A stretch of DNA of 64,000 bases from the human T2T-CHM13v2.0 reference genome, Homo sapiens. Numbering within the stretch: the first letter of the stretch is position 1; every line of letters starts with the position of its first letter. Below the pieces are notes generated by a model. It had not been told where the DNA came from. It did not search any database and worked only from the letters and a program-made list of their open reading frames with translations. The DNA is taken from NCBI RefSeq assembly GCF_009914755.1, contig NC_060937.1; one strand, 5' to 3'. A program made the position numbers and the translations under genes. Positions 18,003 to 31,574 of the stretch are shown one piece after another.

Positions 18003-19539
18003 TGTTACAGGAGCCTTAGGGTGTCTTTTCTCCAGCTGGAAACCTCTGGGGTCAGTGGCGCCTTTTCCCGAGTTTTGCTTGGACCTCCTGGGTTCGTTCT
18101 GCCCACTCTGCCTGGCAGGCTGCACTCGGCTCATGCAGCTGCCTGGATCCCAAGCCTGCCAAGGGTGAGCAACGTGTGGAGCAGTGAGGGGTGTATATGC
18201 AAGTGAGCGTGGAGTCTGGCCACTGTGTAACAGCCAGGCACACCAGCTGTTGCTGCGGGGCGGGCAGCTCTAGGTGCCAGCACAGGTGCCTGCACCATGC
18301 AAGGCTGTGGCTGGATCAGATATAGTGCAAGTGGCTTCCGCTGTGGGCACCTGCATCTGGATAAGGGGAATGCAATGATACTTGGAAGCTTGGGGGCACC
18401 AGGAACCTCAGAGCCCAAAACAGGGTGTCACAGCCCTGCCTCAGAAGGGTCCTAGGTCTGGGCTGCCCAAAAGGCCACAGCTCTTCTCTCCTTCTCATCA
18501 CCCGTAACATGGATTGCAGGAGGAGAGGGAGTGAGTTTCAGCCCTATTTTTGTTACAGCTCTTTTAGTCCCGCCATTTGGTGTGTCTCAATTTTTGGTCC
18601 CGCATACAGGAAGAATGAGGTAGGCAGACAACTGGAGCATGAGCAAGGCAGAGAGGAGCTTTATTGAGTAAAAGGACAACTCAGCGGAGACCCGCAGTGA
18701 ATAGCTCCTTTCAGCAGTCAGGTCATCCCAACCAGTGAGTGAGTCTGGCTCAGTCTAGGGATTTTATGTGCTCTGAATGGAGTAAGTGCATGCTGATTGG
18801 TCCATGGGTGGCCACAGGCAGGCCTGGAAAAAGCACCATCCAATAGGCCGAACAGTCATCAATCAAGTTCTCACTCTAAGCTGTGAACTTCGCAGGCAAC
18901 CGGCAGATAGCCCCCAGGCCTCAGGCCTTCACTGGCCTGAAAGTGAGGTTTCACTGTGGACCTGCGCCTTCCCGCCTAAGAACCTGTCTGCCTTTAACAT
19001 GCCATCCACAGCACCCAAGCTGGACATGCTGAGAGTTGCTTGCAGGCCTGGGCCGAGCCTCCTTCAGCACCCCTGGTCCCCGCGCATGCTCGTTGGCACC
19101 TAAAGGCCAGAGAGGGCTAAGATGGCAGGGGCTGGCATGTCAGAGCCACCCGAAGTGCATGTAAACCCAGCCGGGTTGCAACAGTGCCCTGGCTCTGCCA
19201 CAACTTTGCTCCGTCCTGGAGCAGGGGTGGGAGCAGGCAGGGGCCAGGGAGTGGGAGCAGGCAATTTCAAGCCTGTGGGGCCAGGGGCTTCCTGGGCCCC
19301 GGAGAACAAAGGGATGCTGTGGTCTGGGCAGCAGTAGCTGTGCCCAGGAGCATGGGCTCCTGCCCCGCTAACTTGGTAGCGGGCAGGGCTCTCTCCCAAT
19401 CCTGGCTCTCTCCCAATCCCCGCTCCTGCCCAATCCTGGCTCCCGCGGGCTCTGCAAAGCCTGCAGCCCTGGCGGCGCCTTACCTGCTGCAGCCAGCATC
19501 CTTGCAGTGGCTACTCCAGACCGGCTACCGCTGCCATCA
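18003..19539 (-). mobile_element. ERV1-class solo LTR, MER52-like (~1.5 kb, GC-rich)
   Basis: Minus strand begins TGATGGCAGCGGTAGCCGG and ends GACACCCTAAGGCTCCTGTAACA (TG...CA termini); abrupt GC shift at both edges. Confidence 0.85.
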
Positions 19540-21818
19540 GAAGTATATATTAACTGAGTGGTTAAAAATAAAGGATTTGAAAAATATGTTCCATCATCGT
19601 ATTTCATGTTAAAATGTTATTATTTACCTGTCGATCCTAACACTTCTTCCTAATCTCACAATAATTTTTTCACTGGTTAAATGCGGTTAGAAAACAATTC
19701 CATTCTTAAATGTTTGAATTGTGATTGATAGTTTATTGAATTTGATAAATTGATCCATGACACAAAATTTTACCAAGCACTTATATACCCAGTATAATTT
19801 CAAGTAATTAGGGGCATATTCTTTAGTTTTGCTAACAATATCCCATCTACCTTTCTTGTTGTTACAATAAATTTGGTTTGTAAATTCTTAAATTATGTGG
19901 AATTATGTTTACAGGACTATATTTCTGATTTAATATTGAAAGAGATATGAAAGTCATATATACGGTATTAAACTTTGTAATAGCAAAATTTTTCACAAGT
20001 ATCGGATGTTCACATCTAAAACTGTTTTAAGACCATCTACTTAATTATTTTTTATATGTACTTAGAACCTAACTAAAAACAGGTTTAATTACATTCAAAC
20101 ATCCCCAGATATTCGTTTTGGAAGTTAAACTTCCCATATCTCCAAATAAACAGATAGTTAAGCAAAGCATGTTACTCATTTCAAAAATATTCATGAGGCA
20201 ATAGGACATTTCTTGTGAAATAAGGATATAAGAGTTTTTGAAGAGAATATCTCCAGGCAGAATTTCAATGTATTTTTCAAACATCAGTTTCACATGACAG
20301 CCACTACCTTTAGATGCAGCCAAAGGGATTTTGAAATGAGAGATCTGAGTCTGGCACTTAAGTTAATCCTGCTATTTAGAATGCAGTTTTAGATCACATT
20401 TGGCGTTTGATAATCCTCAGAAACATCAGGTATCTATGTGCTTTGTGTTCATCTGATATCAATTATAAGAAAATAAAAACTTTTAATTGAAGGAAACTGA
20501 TTAGAAAAAAAGACAGTAATTCATTTTCATCCTTTTGGAGAATATAAGTATTTATTTTATTCTGGTTAGGTTTCAGCAAGCGTAAGTTTGGACATGAAAA
20601 ATTTTGCTACCATTGTGTACACTTAAAAGGATAATTTTGTATCATTCTCCTATGTATAGTTTTCTTCCTTAATAAAACATATTCAATACAAAGTTAACAA
20701 TTTTTCTGTAAATTATAAATTAACTTCTGTTCTTTTGAATTGTCTTCAGCATCACCAATAAAAGTTGCCTTGTTGCTATAATCACCGTTCATGTTTAGCC
20801 ATTACATTTATTGTCCAGTTGGTGTCTATATTAATAAAAACATTCTTAAAGTCGTTGGTTTATGTAACAAAACATTTCTAAAATAGTAGATCTAAAATAT
20901 TTTGAGCAATGTTGTTATCATGGCAAAGAATATGCACTGTCTTCAAACTGATTAACGGATATTTAAAGGGTTTTCTTAAAATAACGTTAATTATTTGTAT
21001 TACATACTTTGTAAATTTGGCAATGGTAACAGCTTCCAAAGCAAAAATCATCTTATTTATATCAGGAAAGCCAAATGAGTAACCGAATTACAAATTGTGG
21101 ACAGATTAACATTAGTTCACTAGACACATAACATGGATTAAGGGCAAGGGTTACCCTACAGCATTAATGGAAATATCTGTATTCATTGAATCTAGTGTTG
21201 AGATGTGACATCCAATGAAAAGACATGGAAATATGTGACCTTTAGTGTAAATAAAATCATAGAAGAATAAAAGTATTTCGGCAGTATGAAGTTGCTAGAA
21301 AGCCATGTTTGAGAAAAATGGAAGAATTTAGGTATCACTCTTTCAGAGCCAGACAGAGAAAAATCATCACTGAAGACAGAGATGTCAAAGAAAATGTGTG
21401 TTCTCTTCTCAACAAGGATAAAGAAAGTGGTTTCTAATAATACCTGTTATTATTCTCAAAATTAAAGGACAATGTAACTAAGTAATAGCTGACCTTATGC
21501 TTTTCCCCCATTCAAGTAGTAAATTGTTTTTTGATGATAAAAAAATTTGTTTCTAAAGAGTTTTACTATAGAAAATATGGGAATTTGTTGAAATTAACCT
21601 ACTGTATTCTCCCAAAGATAATGTTTATTATTCTGCCATCCTATAAAAATTTATCTTAGCAATGCAAATAGTTTACAGTGTTATTTTATTTATATTTTAT
21701 TTAACTTTCAAAGAATTTATAGGAATAAGGCCAATTTTTATATTCTTTTCTTATATTCTTGGCTTAAAATATTCTAAATTTTTTATAATTGATATTTAAA
21801 AAGTTATATAATACAGAT

Positions 21819-24060
21819 TGATATGGTTTGGCTGTGTCTCATCTTGAATTGTAACTTCCACAATTCCCACGTGTCATGGGAGGTGATTGAATTGTGGGGT
21901 GGGTCTTTCCTGTGCTGTTCTCATGATAGTGAATGAGTCTCATAAGATCCCATGGTTTTATAAAGGGGAGTTTACCTGCACAACCTCTCTTCTCTTGTCT
22001 GCCACCATGGGAGATCAGCCTTTCAACTTCCACCATGATTGTGAGGCTTCCCCAGTCACGTGGAACTGTAAGTCCATTATAAAAGCCTTTGTAAATTCCC
22101 CAGTCTCAGTTATGTCTTTATCAGTGGTATGAAAATGCACTAATACAGTAAATTAGTACCAGAAGTGGGGTGAGCTGGAAAGATACCCAAAACTGTGGAA
22201 ATGACTTTGGGTAACAGGTAGAGGTTTGAACAATTTGGAGGGCTCAGAAAAAGACAGGAAAATGTGGGAAAGTTTGGAACTTCCTAGAGACTTGCTGAAT
22301 GGATTTGACCAAAAGCCTGGTAGTGATATGGACAATAAGGTCCAGGCTGAGGTGGTCTCAGATGGAGATGAGAAAGTTGTTAGGAACTGGAGCAAATGTG
22401 ACTCTTGTTATGTTTTAGCAAAGAGCCTGGTGGCGTTTTGCCCCAACCCTAGAGATTTATGGAACTTTGAACTTGAGAGAGATGGATTAGGGTATCTGGC
22501 AGAAGAAATTTCTAACCATCAAAGCATGCAAGTTGTGACTTGGGTGCTGTTAAAGGCATTCTGTTTTATAAGGAAAGCAGAGCATAAATATTTGGAAAAT
22601 TTATAGCCTGACAATGTGATAGAAAAGAAAAATCCCATTTTCTGAGGTGAAATTCAAGCTGGCTGCAGAAATTTGCATAAATAACAAGGATCCAAATGTA
22701 AATCCTCAAGATAATGGGGAAAATGTCTCCAGGGTATGTCACAGGTCTTCACAAAAGCCCTTCCCATCACAGGCCTGGAGGCCTAGGAGGAAAAAGTTGT
22801 TTTGTGGGCCAGGCACAGGTTCCCCATGCTGTGTGCAGGCTAGGGACTTGGTGCCCTGCATCCCAGCCACTCCAGCCATGGCTGAAAGGGGCCAACATAA
22901 AGTTCAGGCTGTGGCTTCAGAGGGTGCAAGCCCCAAGTCTTTATAGTTTCCATGTGGTTTTGAGCCTGTGAGTGCACAGAATAATTGGAGTTTGGGAAAT
23001 TCCAGCTAGTTTTCAGAAGATGTATGGAAATGCCTGGTTGCCAAGGGAGAAGTTTGTCACAGGGGCAGGGCATTCACGGAGAACTTCTTCTAGGGCAGTG
23101 CATAAGGAAAATGTGGGGTCTTGTGGGGTCAGAGCCCTCACACAGACTCCCTGCTGGGGCACTGCCTAGTGGAGCTGTGAGAAGAGGGCCACTGTCTTCC
23201 AGACCCCAGAATGTTAGATTCAACAACAGCTTGCACTTTGTGCCTGGGAAAGCCACAGACACTCAATACCAGCCTATGAAAGCAACCAGCAGGGAAGCTG
23301 TACCCTGCAGAGCCACAGGGGTGGAGCTGCCCAAGACCATGAGAATGTACCTCTTGACTTAGTGTGACCAAGATGCAAGACATGCAGTCAAAGGAGATAA
23401 TTTTGAAGCTTTAAGATTTAACTGCCTTGCTGGATTTCAGACTTGCATGGGGCCTGTAGCCCCTTGGTTTTGCCCCATTTCTTCCATTTGGAACAGCTGT
23501 ATTTACCCAATGCCTATACCCCCATTGTATCTAGGAAGTAACTAACTTGCTCTTTATTTTACAGGCTCATAGGTGGAAGGAACTTGCCTTGTCTGAGATG
23601 AGACATTGGACTGTGGACTTTTGAGTTAATGCTCACATGAATTAATTCTTTGGGGGACTGTTGGGAAGACATGATTGGTTTTGAAATGTGAGGACATGTG
23701 GGTTGGGAGGGGCAGGTGTGGGATGATATGGTTTGGCTGTGCCCCCACCCAAATCTTGTATTGTAACTCCCACAATTCCCACATGTCATGGGATGTGATT
23801 GAATTATAGAGTAGGTCTCTCCCATACTGTTCTCATGATAGTGAATGAGCATCATAAGATCTGTTGGTTTTAAAAAGGGAAGTTTCCCTGCACAACGTCT
23901 CTTCTCTTGTCTGCTGCCATGTGAGATGTGCCTTTCATTTTCCACCATGATTGTGAGGCTTCCCCAGCCACATGGAACTATAAGTCCATTATAAACCTCT
24001 TTTGTAAATTGCCCAGTCTCAGTTATGTCTTTATCAGCATTGTGAAAACAGATTAATACA
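21819..24060 (+). mobile_element. Complete THE1 (MaLR) element: 5' LTR 21819-22147, internal 22148-23723, 3' LTR 23724-24060
   Basis: Two direct LTRs TGATATGGTTTGGCTGTG...TAATACA; internal starts GTAAATTAGTACCAG; purine-rich tract before the 3' LTR; 5-bp TSD CAGAT/CATAT. Confidence 0.95.
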
Positions 24061-24274
24061 CATATTTATAATTATTATTGATTGTTTCTCAATTAATAAT
24101 AAATATAGCCAATGCTTTATAGAATATACTATAAAATATTTGCACATATTTTTGAGAGTAGTAAATTATCCTTATGCCAGAATTGATAGTATACACTAAT
24201 TTTTTCCCCATTAATAGTCCCATTCTTTGCAACAATGACTATCCTCCACTTTAATTAGAACATTCTGTACAATT

Positions 24275-24720
24275 GATTGTTTTGGTTACTTATTGCTGTG
24301 TTAAAAATTATGCCAAGACTTAGTGGCTTAAAGCAGTGATTATATGGGTCAGAAATTTAACAAAGATTTCATGAGGCTTCTTTTCTTTTCATGACATCAT
24401 GTGAGAAGGCTGACTGAAGCCAGAGGGTAGCCTTTGAAGGTGGTTCACCAACCACTCACATGGCTGGGAGGTTTATATTGGCTACCACCTCAGACATCAG
24501 CTGGTAAACTCAAAAGTGTCTTCACTGGTATATATGAACTTCTCAGAGCAGGGAGGCTGAGTTTCAACATATAGGAAAATGTACATTGTCATTCTTTTAA
24601 GTCCTGGGCCTTAAAACTGACAAGATTATAACTTCTATTGGTCAAAGCAACCAAAAGAACCCACTCAGATTCAGAAGGAGGAAGCACAGGCCCTACATCT
24701 AATGCAAGAATGTCAGTAAT
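24275..24720 (-). mobile_element. Old MLT1-type LTR
   Basis: TTATTGCTGTGTTAAAAATTATGCCAAGACTTAGTGGCTTAAAGCAG...CTTCTATTGGTCAAAGCAA...CCACTCAGATTCAGAAGG. Confidence 0.65.
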
Positions 24721-25251
24721 CTCCCCTCAGTCATACTGATAATACACTGATAAGAATAAAATTAATTTTCAATCAGCCTGACTTCAAATAAAACAGTTGT
24801 GTTGCCAGATAGAAGAAGGTTTGGCTGAACAGAGATATTATTTAGCACATCTACTTTGCTCAGTCTGCTCTCTAAATTAGACCACCGACACCAATCCATG
24901 GCAGTGCCCTTGAGAAAACTTTTCTACTCTGCCCCTTTGGTGAACATTAGAATACTTCTAAGACACATAAAAGCAGGAATTTTGAGGTATAAGATACAAA
25001 AGAATCAGTGATTGTGAATAAAACTGGTGAATATTAGGAAAGCAATACCTTTGTTTCAAACACTTAGTGTTGACAACTGGATTCTGAGACCAAATAAGCC
25101 ACACTTCTGACTTCTTACGGAAATTTCAGTTGTGTCAGTTAGTCATTTTGAAGCTATTTTCTACTTTTTTTTCTCTGCTTATAGGACAAAATACGATATA
25201 TAAATTTTATTATTTCTTATTCTACACGATTTATTCTTTCCATCTATTTTT

Positions 25252-25541
25252 TGTGTTTTGTGGTTGTTATTGTTGTTTGAGGTTTCTGTTTTATCAGAAA
25301 ACCTTTGGTTAGGACAATGACTAACTCTGTGTCTATGACTAAGAGCAAACTGTTGTGTGTTATCAAAAGTGAACATGCGTTGCCCATTGCTATGGATGTG
25401 TTTTGTTGTTGTTATTGTTGTTTGAGGTTTTTGTTTTATCAAAAAACTTTTGGTTAGGACAATGACTAACTTTGTGTCTACTACTAAGAGCAAACTGCTA
25501 TGTGTTATCAAAAGCGAACATGCATTGCCCATCTATGGATG
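25252..25541. repeat. Two-copy tandem duplication, period 145 bp
   Basis: AGGACAATGACTAAC at 25311 and 25456; copies colinear with about a dozen differences. Confidence 0.92.
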
Positions 25542-25599
25542 CATAACATATTGGAAATAACTGTAAATGTGTCATGTATAAAGTACATATTGTGTATAT

Positions 25600-27610
25600 G
25601 ATTATGAAAGTTCACAAGATGGATCTTGTGATTTATATGGAAATGAAAGTTAGGGAAATAGCCAAAACAAGTATAAAGAAGAAAGTCCACTCTATATTTA
25701 TAATTAATACACAGATACTGAATTAACCAGAGTGCTATAGGTCCAAGAATAGGCAAATTAATCAATAAAATAAATTCAAGGTTCCAAAAGGAGACCTATA
25801 TAAAATGGATCTTCATGCACTGAAAAGATAGCCCTTTAGAGTGGTGTAAAATAAAGTCTTTTAAAATAATGCTGTTGAATCAAATCAATTGCTATATAAA
25901 AAACCAATAAAGTATGAATGCTACCAACAATCATACACCAAACCTATTCTGAGTAGATTGTAGATTTTAAAATAGAAGACAAAAGAATACAGCTTCTAAA
26001 AATAGCATAAGAAAAAGTATCTACTATCTTGAAATAGCCAATACCATCTTAAATATGACACAGAACAGAACATGAAAAATAATGGAAGCACTATAGATTG
26101 ACATGAATTAAAAATAAGAGCTACTAGTATTTAAAAATCATAATTGTATTAGTTTTCTATCATTATGTGATAAATTACCAAAAACCTTATGACTTAACAA
26201 AATGCATATTTGTAATCTCTGCGGATCAGAAGTTCAGGCATAATTTAGCTAACTGCTGTACTCAGGGGCTTACAAGTCTACAATCAATATATTAGCTGGG
26301 CTGCTGTCACACACAGAAGTTTGGAAAATCCTCTTACAAGCTCATTCAGACTGTTGTCAAAATTAATTCTTTCTAACTGCATGACTGAGGGTTCTGGCTT
26401 TTTTCTGGATAACTCATAGAAACTTCTCTCAAGTCACAAAAGCCACATACTGTTCCTCGCACTGTGGGCTTCTTCAACGTGGCTGCTCACTTCATCAAGC
26501 TAATAAGAATTTTTGATTCCACTTTAATCAAAATGTCTTACAAAATAACATAATCATAGGAGAGAGATCTCAATTCTTTGCCATGTAATATAACCTAATC
26601 AAACAAGTAGCATTTCATCTGCTTTGTTATTTTCTATCTGTAAAAAATAAGTTTAGGGAAGGGTAACCCAAAGGCATGGACACCTGGAAGTTGAAAAATC
26701 ATTGGAAGTGACCTCAGCATCTGTCCACTGAAACCATCAAGGAAGTAAAAGTGCAAACCCTGGAGTGTAAGAAGATATTTATAATTGTTATAATTTACAA
26801 TGAGTTTATTCTCAGATATGAAAAACCCCTATAAATGCATAATAAAAAGAGAAGTCCTAAGAGTACAATGGGCAAGAGAAAACACAAATAATATGATTAA
26901 TATTCATTAATATTTGTTAATATTATTTGTATATTAATATACAAATAATGCAATGTCACAAATAATACAATTAAATATAATATTTTAAAAGCTCTCAAAT
27001 ATTACTTATTAAGGAAATTAAATTAATATCTCACTGAAAATACACTACAATGGCTTAAAAAATGGTTGCATGGACATGAAATAATGTTAATATTCTAACT
27101 CTCCTGTTAAGAATAAATTACCCACATAAGTGATCATAAATGCCTCCATTCATAGGTATATACCCAACAGTAATGCAGTAATCAATGCATTAAAAGTAAT
27201 GTGTAGATATGTTTAATCATACTATGACTGGAAACTAGTCAAATAGTCAATAGGAAATTGAAAAAAATGCATTGCCTTATTACTTAAATAATTTTATATA
27301 ACATTGAAAATAAATGGAATATTGCTACATGAAACAACATAATATTAATTGAAACATATCAGAAGCAAAAAGTAGATACAAGATTATTCCAGTCACATAA
27401 AGTTCAAAAGAATGAAAATGAATCCATAAAAGTATACTTAAATATTATAGTTATTTTGGGAAAATGTGATTAAATATTTATAGTCTTACTATTGTTATTT
27501 TTCTAAATTTATGTGGTGGTTGCATAGTTACATCAAGTTTTTGATAATTCATTGAGCTTCTCACGTAAGATTTGTGCCCTTTTTTTATGTTTGCTATACC
27601 TCAATTTAAA
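25600..27610 (+). mobile_element. Old L1M 3' remnant, interrupted by an MLT1 LTR
   Basis: Degenerate L1 motifs CAATCATACACCAAACC, CAATGGGCAAGAGAA, CATAGGTATATACCCAACAG, GATAATTCATTGAGC. Confidence 0.6.
26145..26731 (-). mobile_element. MLT1E/F-like MaLR LTR
   Basis: TGTATTAGTTTTCTAT...CAGAAGTTCAGGCATAATTTAGC...GGACACCTGGAAGTTGAAAAATCATTGGAAGTGACCTCAGCATCTGTCC. Confidence 0.7.
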
Positions 27611-28379
27611 AAATTGATAAAGTAACTGTACACAAATTTATGCTCTGTTATTAAATTTTATTTATAGTTATATGTCTAAAGTGCATATTTTTAAAACTTC
27701 CGTGAATTTAATCATTTGTTGGTGAAATTTTTAAATGAAGTCAGCATCTGTCTAATTTATAGAAATAACATTTTTATTATTTTGGGTAAATTGGTTCAGC
27801 AGCTAATTTGCAAAAATATCTTGGTGCCTTTTTCAAAGCATTCTAAAATATTTCATTATGTAAAAGCTAGCCATATTAAATTTTTCCAGAAAACCAATGC
27901 TATTACCTTAAATATGTCTTTTTAGGTAAATAAATCTCATACTTAAAGGAAGTTCTTGAAAACAAAAATAACAATGAAAGTAATTTTTGTAGCAAACAGT
28001 ATTAAAAAGAAGTGAACATTTCTGGAAACAAAGCAAAATGAATAAATACGTACATTTTATTTTGCTCCAGAATTTAAACTTCAGTAGTTGTAATTTTAAA
28101 ATTAATTTCTATAATGTTGACAATTGAAATATTTTTAAAGTGTTTGCCCATGGACTTTTAATAGAAAAATGTCCATAGAAATATGAAACTGTCTTTGTAT
28201 AACTCAGTTTCAAGTTAACATGTTTATACGGTTTAAGAAAAAATATTTATTTGTTCAGAAATTTTAGTTAAGATAAATGGATAAACTTAATGTGCACTGC
28301 AACTCAGTTTCAATGCTAACATGTATTAAATTCTTATTTACCTGAATTTTATATATATTGACTCAATTATTCTTCCTGG

Positions 28380-28510
28380 AAACCCTATGAATTAGAATTA
28401 GAAGGTTTTGTCTTCATTACACGTAGAAACTGAAACTTAGATAAATTAAATAACTTGCCTCAAGCTACCCAACTTGGAAAGAGAACTGCTTTTTGAACCC
28501 AAACTGGTTG
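28380..28510 (-). mobile_element. MIR fragment
   Basis: AACCCTATGA...GAAACTGAAACTTAGATAAATTAAATAACTTGCCTCAAG...TTTGAACCCA (MIR core). Confidence 0.7.
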
Positions 28511-28544
28511 ACCGTGACATTAAACTGGTTGACTGGCTGACATT

Positions 28545-30540
28545 AAACAAAAATCTAATAGCACATCAAAAGGATAATATACCACAGTCAACTGGATTTT
28601 ATTGCAAAGGTACAAGGATGGTTCAACATATACACAAATTAATAAATGTGATGCACTACATAAACAGAATTAAAACCAGAATCCAGATGATCACCTCAAT
28701 AGATGCAGAAACAGCATCTGATAAAATATAGAATTCCTTTATGATAAAAACCGTCAACAAACTAGGCGTAGAAGAAACATATCTCAAAGTAATGAAAGCC
28801 ATATAAAACAAACCCACAGCCAACAGCCTCCTGAATGGGGAAAAATTAAAAGCATTCTCCCTAAGAACTGAAACAAGAATTCCACTTTCACCACTGTCAC
28901 TTTTACCACTTTCACCACTCCGAGTCAACATAGTACTGGCAGTCCTAAACACAGCAATCAGGCAAGAGAAAGAAATACAAGGCATCTAAATTGGAAAAGA
29001 GGAAATCAAATTATCCCTGGAGAAAGGACTCCATATTCCAAAAATGTGGCTGAGAAAACTGGATGGCCATATGCAGAAGAATTAAAATAGTCCCGTACAT
29101 CTCACCATATACAAAAATTAACTCAAGATGGCTTAAAAATTAAATATAATACCTGGAATTAAAAAAATGCTGTAAAAAATTTAAGATAGACTCCTGGATA
29201 TTGGCCTAAGCAAAGAGTTCATAACTAAGACCTCAAGAGCAAATACAACAAAAACAAAAATGGATAAATGAGACTTAACTAAACTAAAATGCTTCTGCAC
29301 AACAAAATAAATGATCAGCAGGGAAAACAGATAACCTACAGAATGGAAGAAAATACTAGTGAACTATGCAACCAACAAAGGACTAGTATCCAGGATCTAC
29401 AGGAAACTCAAACAATTCAACAGGAATAAAAATCATCATTAAAATTGCACAAAAAACACAAATAGACATTTTTCAAAAGAAGGCATAAATGGCCAAAATA
29501 CATATGAAAAAATGTTCAATAGCAATAATCATCAGATAAATGCAACTAAAACCACATTGTGATACCATCATACTCCAGTCAGAATGGCTATTATTAACAA
29601 GTCAAAAAATAACAGACATTGCTGAGGATGTGGACAAAAGAGACATTTCTCAAAAGAAGACATGGAAATTGCCAACAGGCTAAGAAAAAAATGTTAAACA
29701 TCACTTATGATCAGGGAAACGCAAATTAAAATCACAATGAGATATCACTTCACTCCAGTTAGAATGGCTATTTATCAAAAGACAAAAGAAAGAAAGTATT
29801 GGTGAGGATATGGAGAAACAATAACACATTCTGTTGGTGGGATTGTTAATTAGCACGGCACTATGGAAAACAGTATACAGATTCTTAAAAAATTACAGAT
29901 AGAACTACTATATGATCCAGCAATCCCACTACTGGATATATAACCAAAAAGAAAAAGAAAATCAGCATGTCAAAGAGACCAACTAGTGTCCAACAATTAT
30001 AAAAGTATAAAGAAAATGCAATACAGTTAACACAACGGAATACTATTCCGTCATGAAAAATAAAAAATCTGCAATTTGCAACAACACAGTTGGACCTGTA
30101 GGACATCATGTTAAGTGAAATAAGCCAGACACAGAAAGACAAATACCATATGATTTTACTCATGTGGAATTATAAAAAAAAAAACGGTTGATATCATAGA
30201 AGCAGATATTAATACAATGGCCTCTGGAGTCTGGGGTGGGGAAGGGGAAAGGAAGGGATGGTGGGAAGAAGTTGGTCAATTGGTACCACGTTATTTCAAA
30301 ACAATTAGATGGAATGAGTAAAACCTGGTGTTTTTGCCACAGCAGGGTGATGATCATTAACAATAAGCATTGTGTATTACAAAATAGCTAGAAGAGAGAA
30401 CTTTGAATGTTTTTACCACAAAAAAGGAAACATGTATGAGGTGATGTGTATGTTTAATACCCTGATTTGATCATTGTACAACTTATGTATCAAAGCATAA
30501 AACTGTACCACAGAGACATACCAGTTTTTAAAAATAAAAT
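28545..30540 (+). mobile_element. L1 (L1PB/L1MA-type) ORF2 and 3'UTR mosaic with internal deletions and a repeated segment
   Basis: ORF2 motifs (ATGATCACCTCAATAGATGCAGAA, CCCACAGCCAAC, GGCATCTAAATTGGAAAAGAGG) and an L1MA-like 3'UTR (CAAAATAGCTAGAAGAGAG, ACCCTGATTTGATCATT). Confidence 0.85.
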
Positions 30541-31574
30541 GTTGCAAAGTCATAGTATTTTATATGGACAATGGTGGAATATTAATGGTCCTCTTATGTT
30601 CATTAAAACACATTCGAACATCAGACAATACTTTTCATGCCCTGCTTTCACCTTATAATAAAAACTTTTCCTCATCTATATATTGTCCTGCTCAGCTATT
30701 TTTGGTTTTGTGCATTTCATCTTACTATTACTTTATCCAAGCAATAACCTAATTTTGCTCAAGTGTTTTAATTGGTATAATACTAAAATATAAGTCTCAT
30801 TCCAATTCCCACATCACTACACAAAACAAAAAAAGCCATAATATTTAGAAACACTAACAAAATCAAATGAAATCATTAGAGTTACATGTTAACAGAGAAA
30901 ATAATTATACTCAATAAAGTATATAATGTTTTTGGAACCAGTTAAGGTATTCACCATAGAAAAGAAACAATATGTTTGTCTCTAAGTCATGCAAAATACT
31001 AAGTAAATTGATGTAGGATAGAAAAAAATCACATAATTTGACAGCTACCTTTGTTTGGACACTAAAGATAATATAAAACTCGCTACTTCATTGAAAGTGA
31101 TTGTGCATTTATAATTGAGAGAAAGTTTTATTTCCTTATAAGGTTTGCCACCTTGTTACTCTAACTTGATTGATTGGTTGATTAATCTTTTTTGAATGCT
31201 TCTATTTTGCCAGGCTATAGTACTGAGCCCTTGTTTTGTGTCATGGTGTATTATGTCTGAAATATAATAGTGATCATGACACAAATTTTGCATTATAGGA
31301 AATAAAGAAATATATATGTCAATAATGAGGTAAAGGCTATAAGAGAAATATATAATGATATAGGAACACTTAGTTACAAAAACGCACCAAGAAAACTAAA
31401 GTATTCCAGGGGAAAGCAGACTTCAGATGAAGACTATGCCTTATCCAGGTGAAGATAAATGTAAAGAGAGCAAGATCCACAAAGGGCCAAAATCAAACAA
31501 CTCATACATTTAAGTGAGATGTAAAAGATTCAGGATGGCCAGAGTGTTTATCATTCATAAGAATATGAGGATGC

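Noticed and set aside
18000-19612. Cluster of 60-142 aa ORFs on both strands
   Set aside because: Chance open frames in a GC-rich MER52-like LTR
22226-23362. 126/99/125-aa ORFs as a gene
   Set aside because: Broken remnants of the THE1 internal ORF with stops and frameshifts
25179-25532. 117-aa minus-strand ORF
   Set aside because: Runs through the 145-bp tandem duplication; low complexity with no protein-like features
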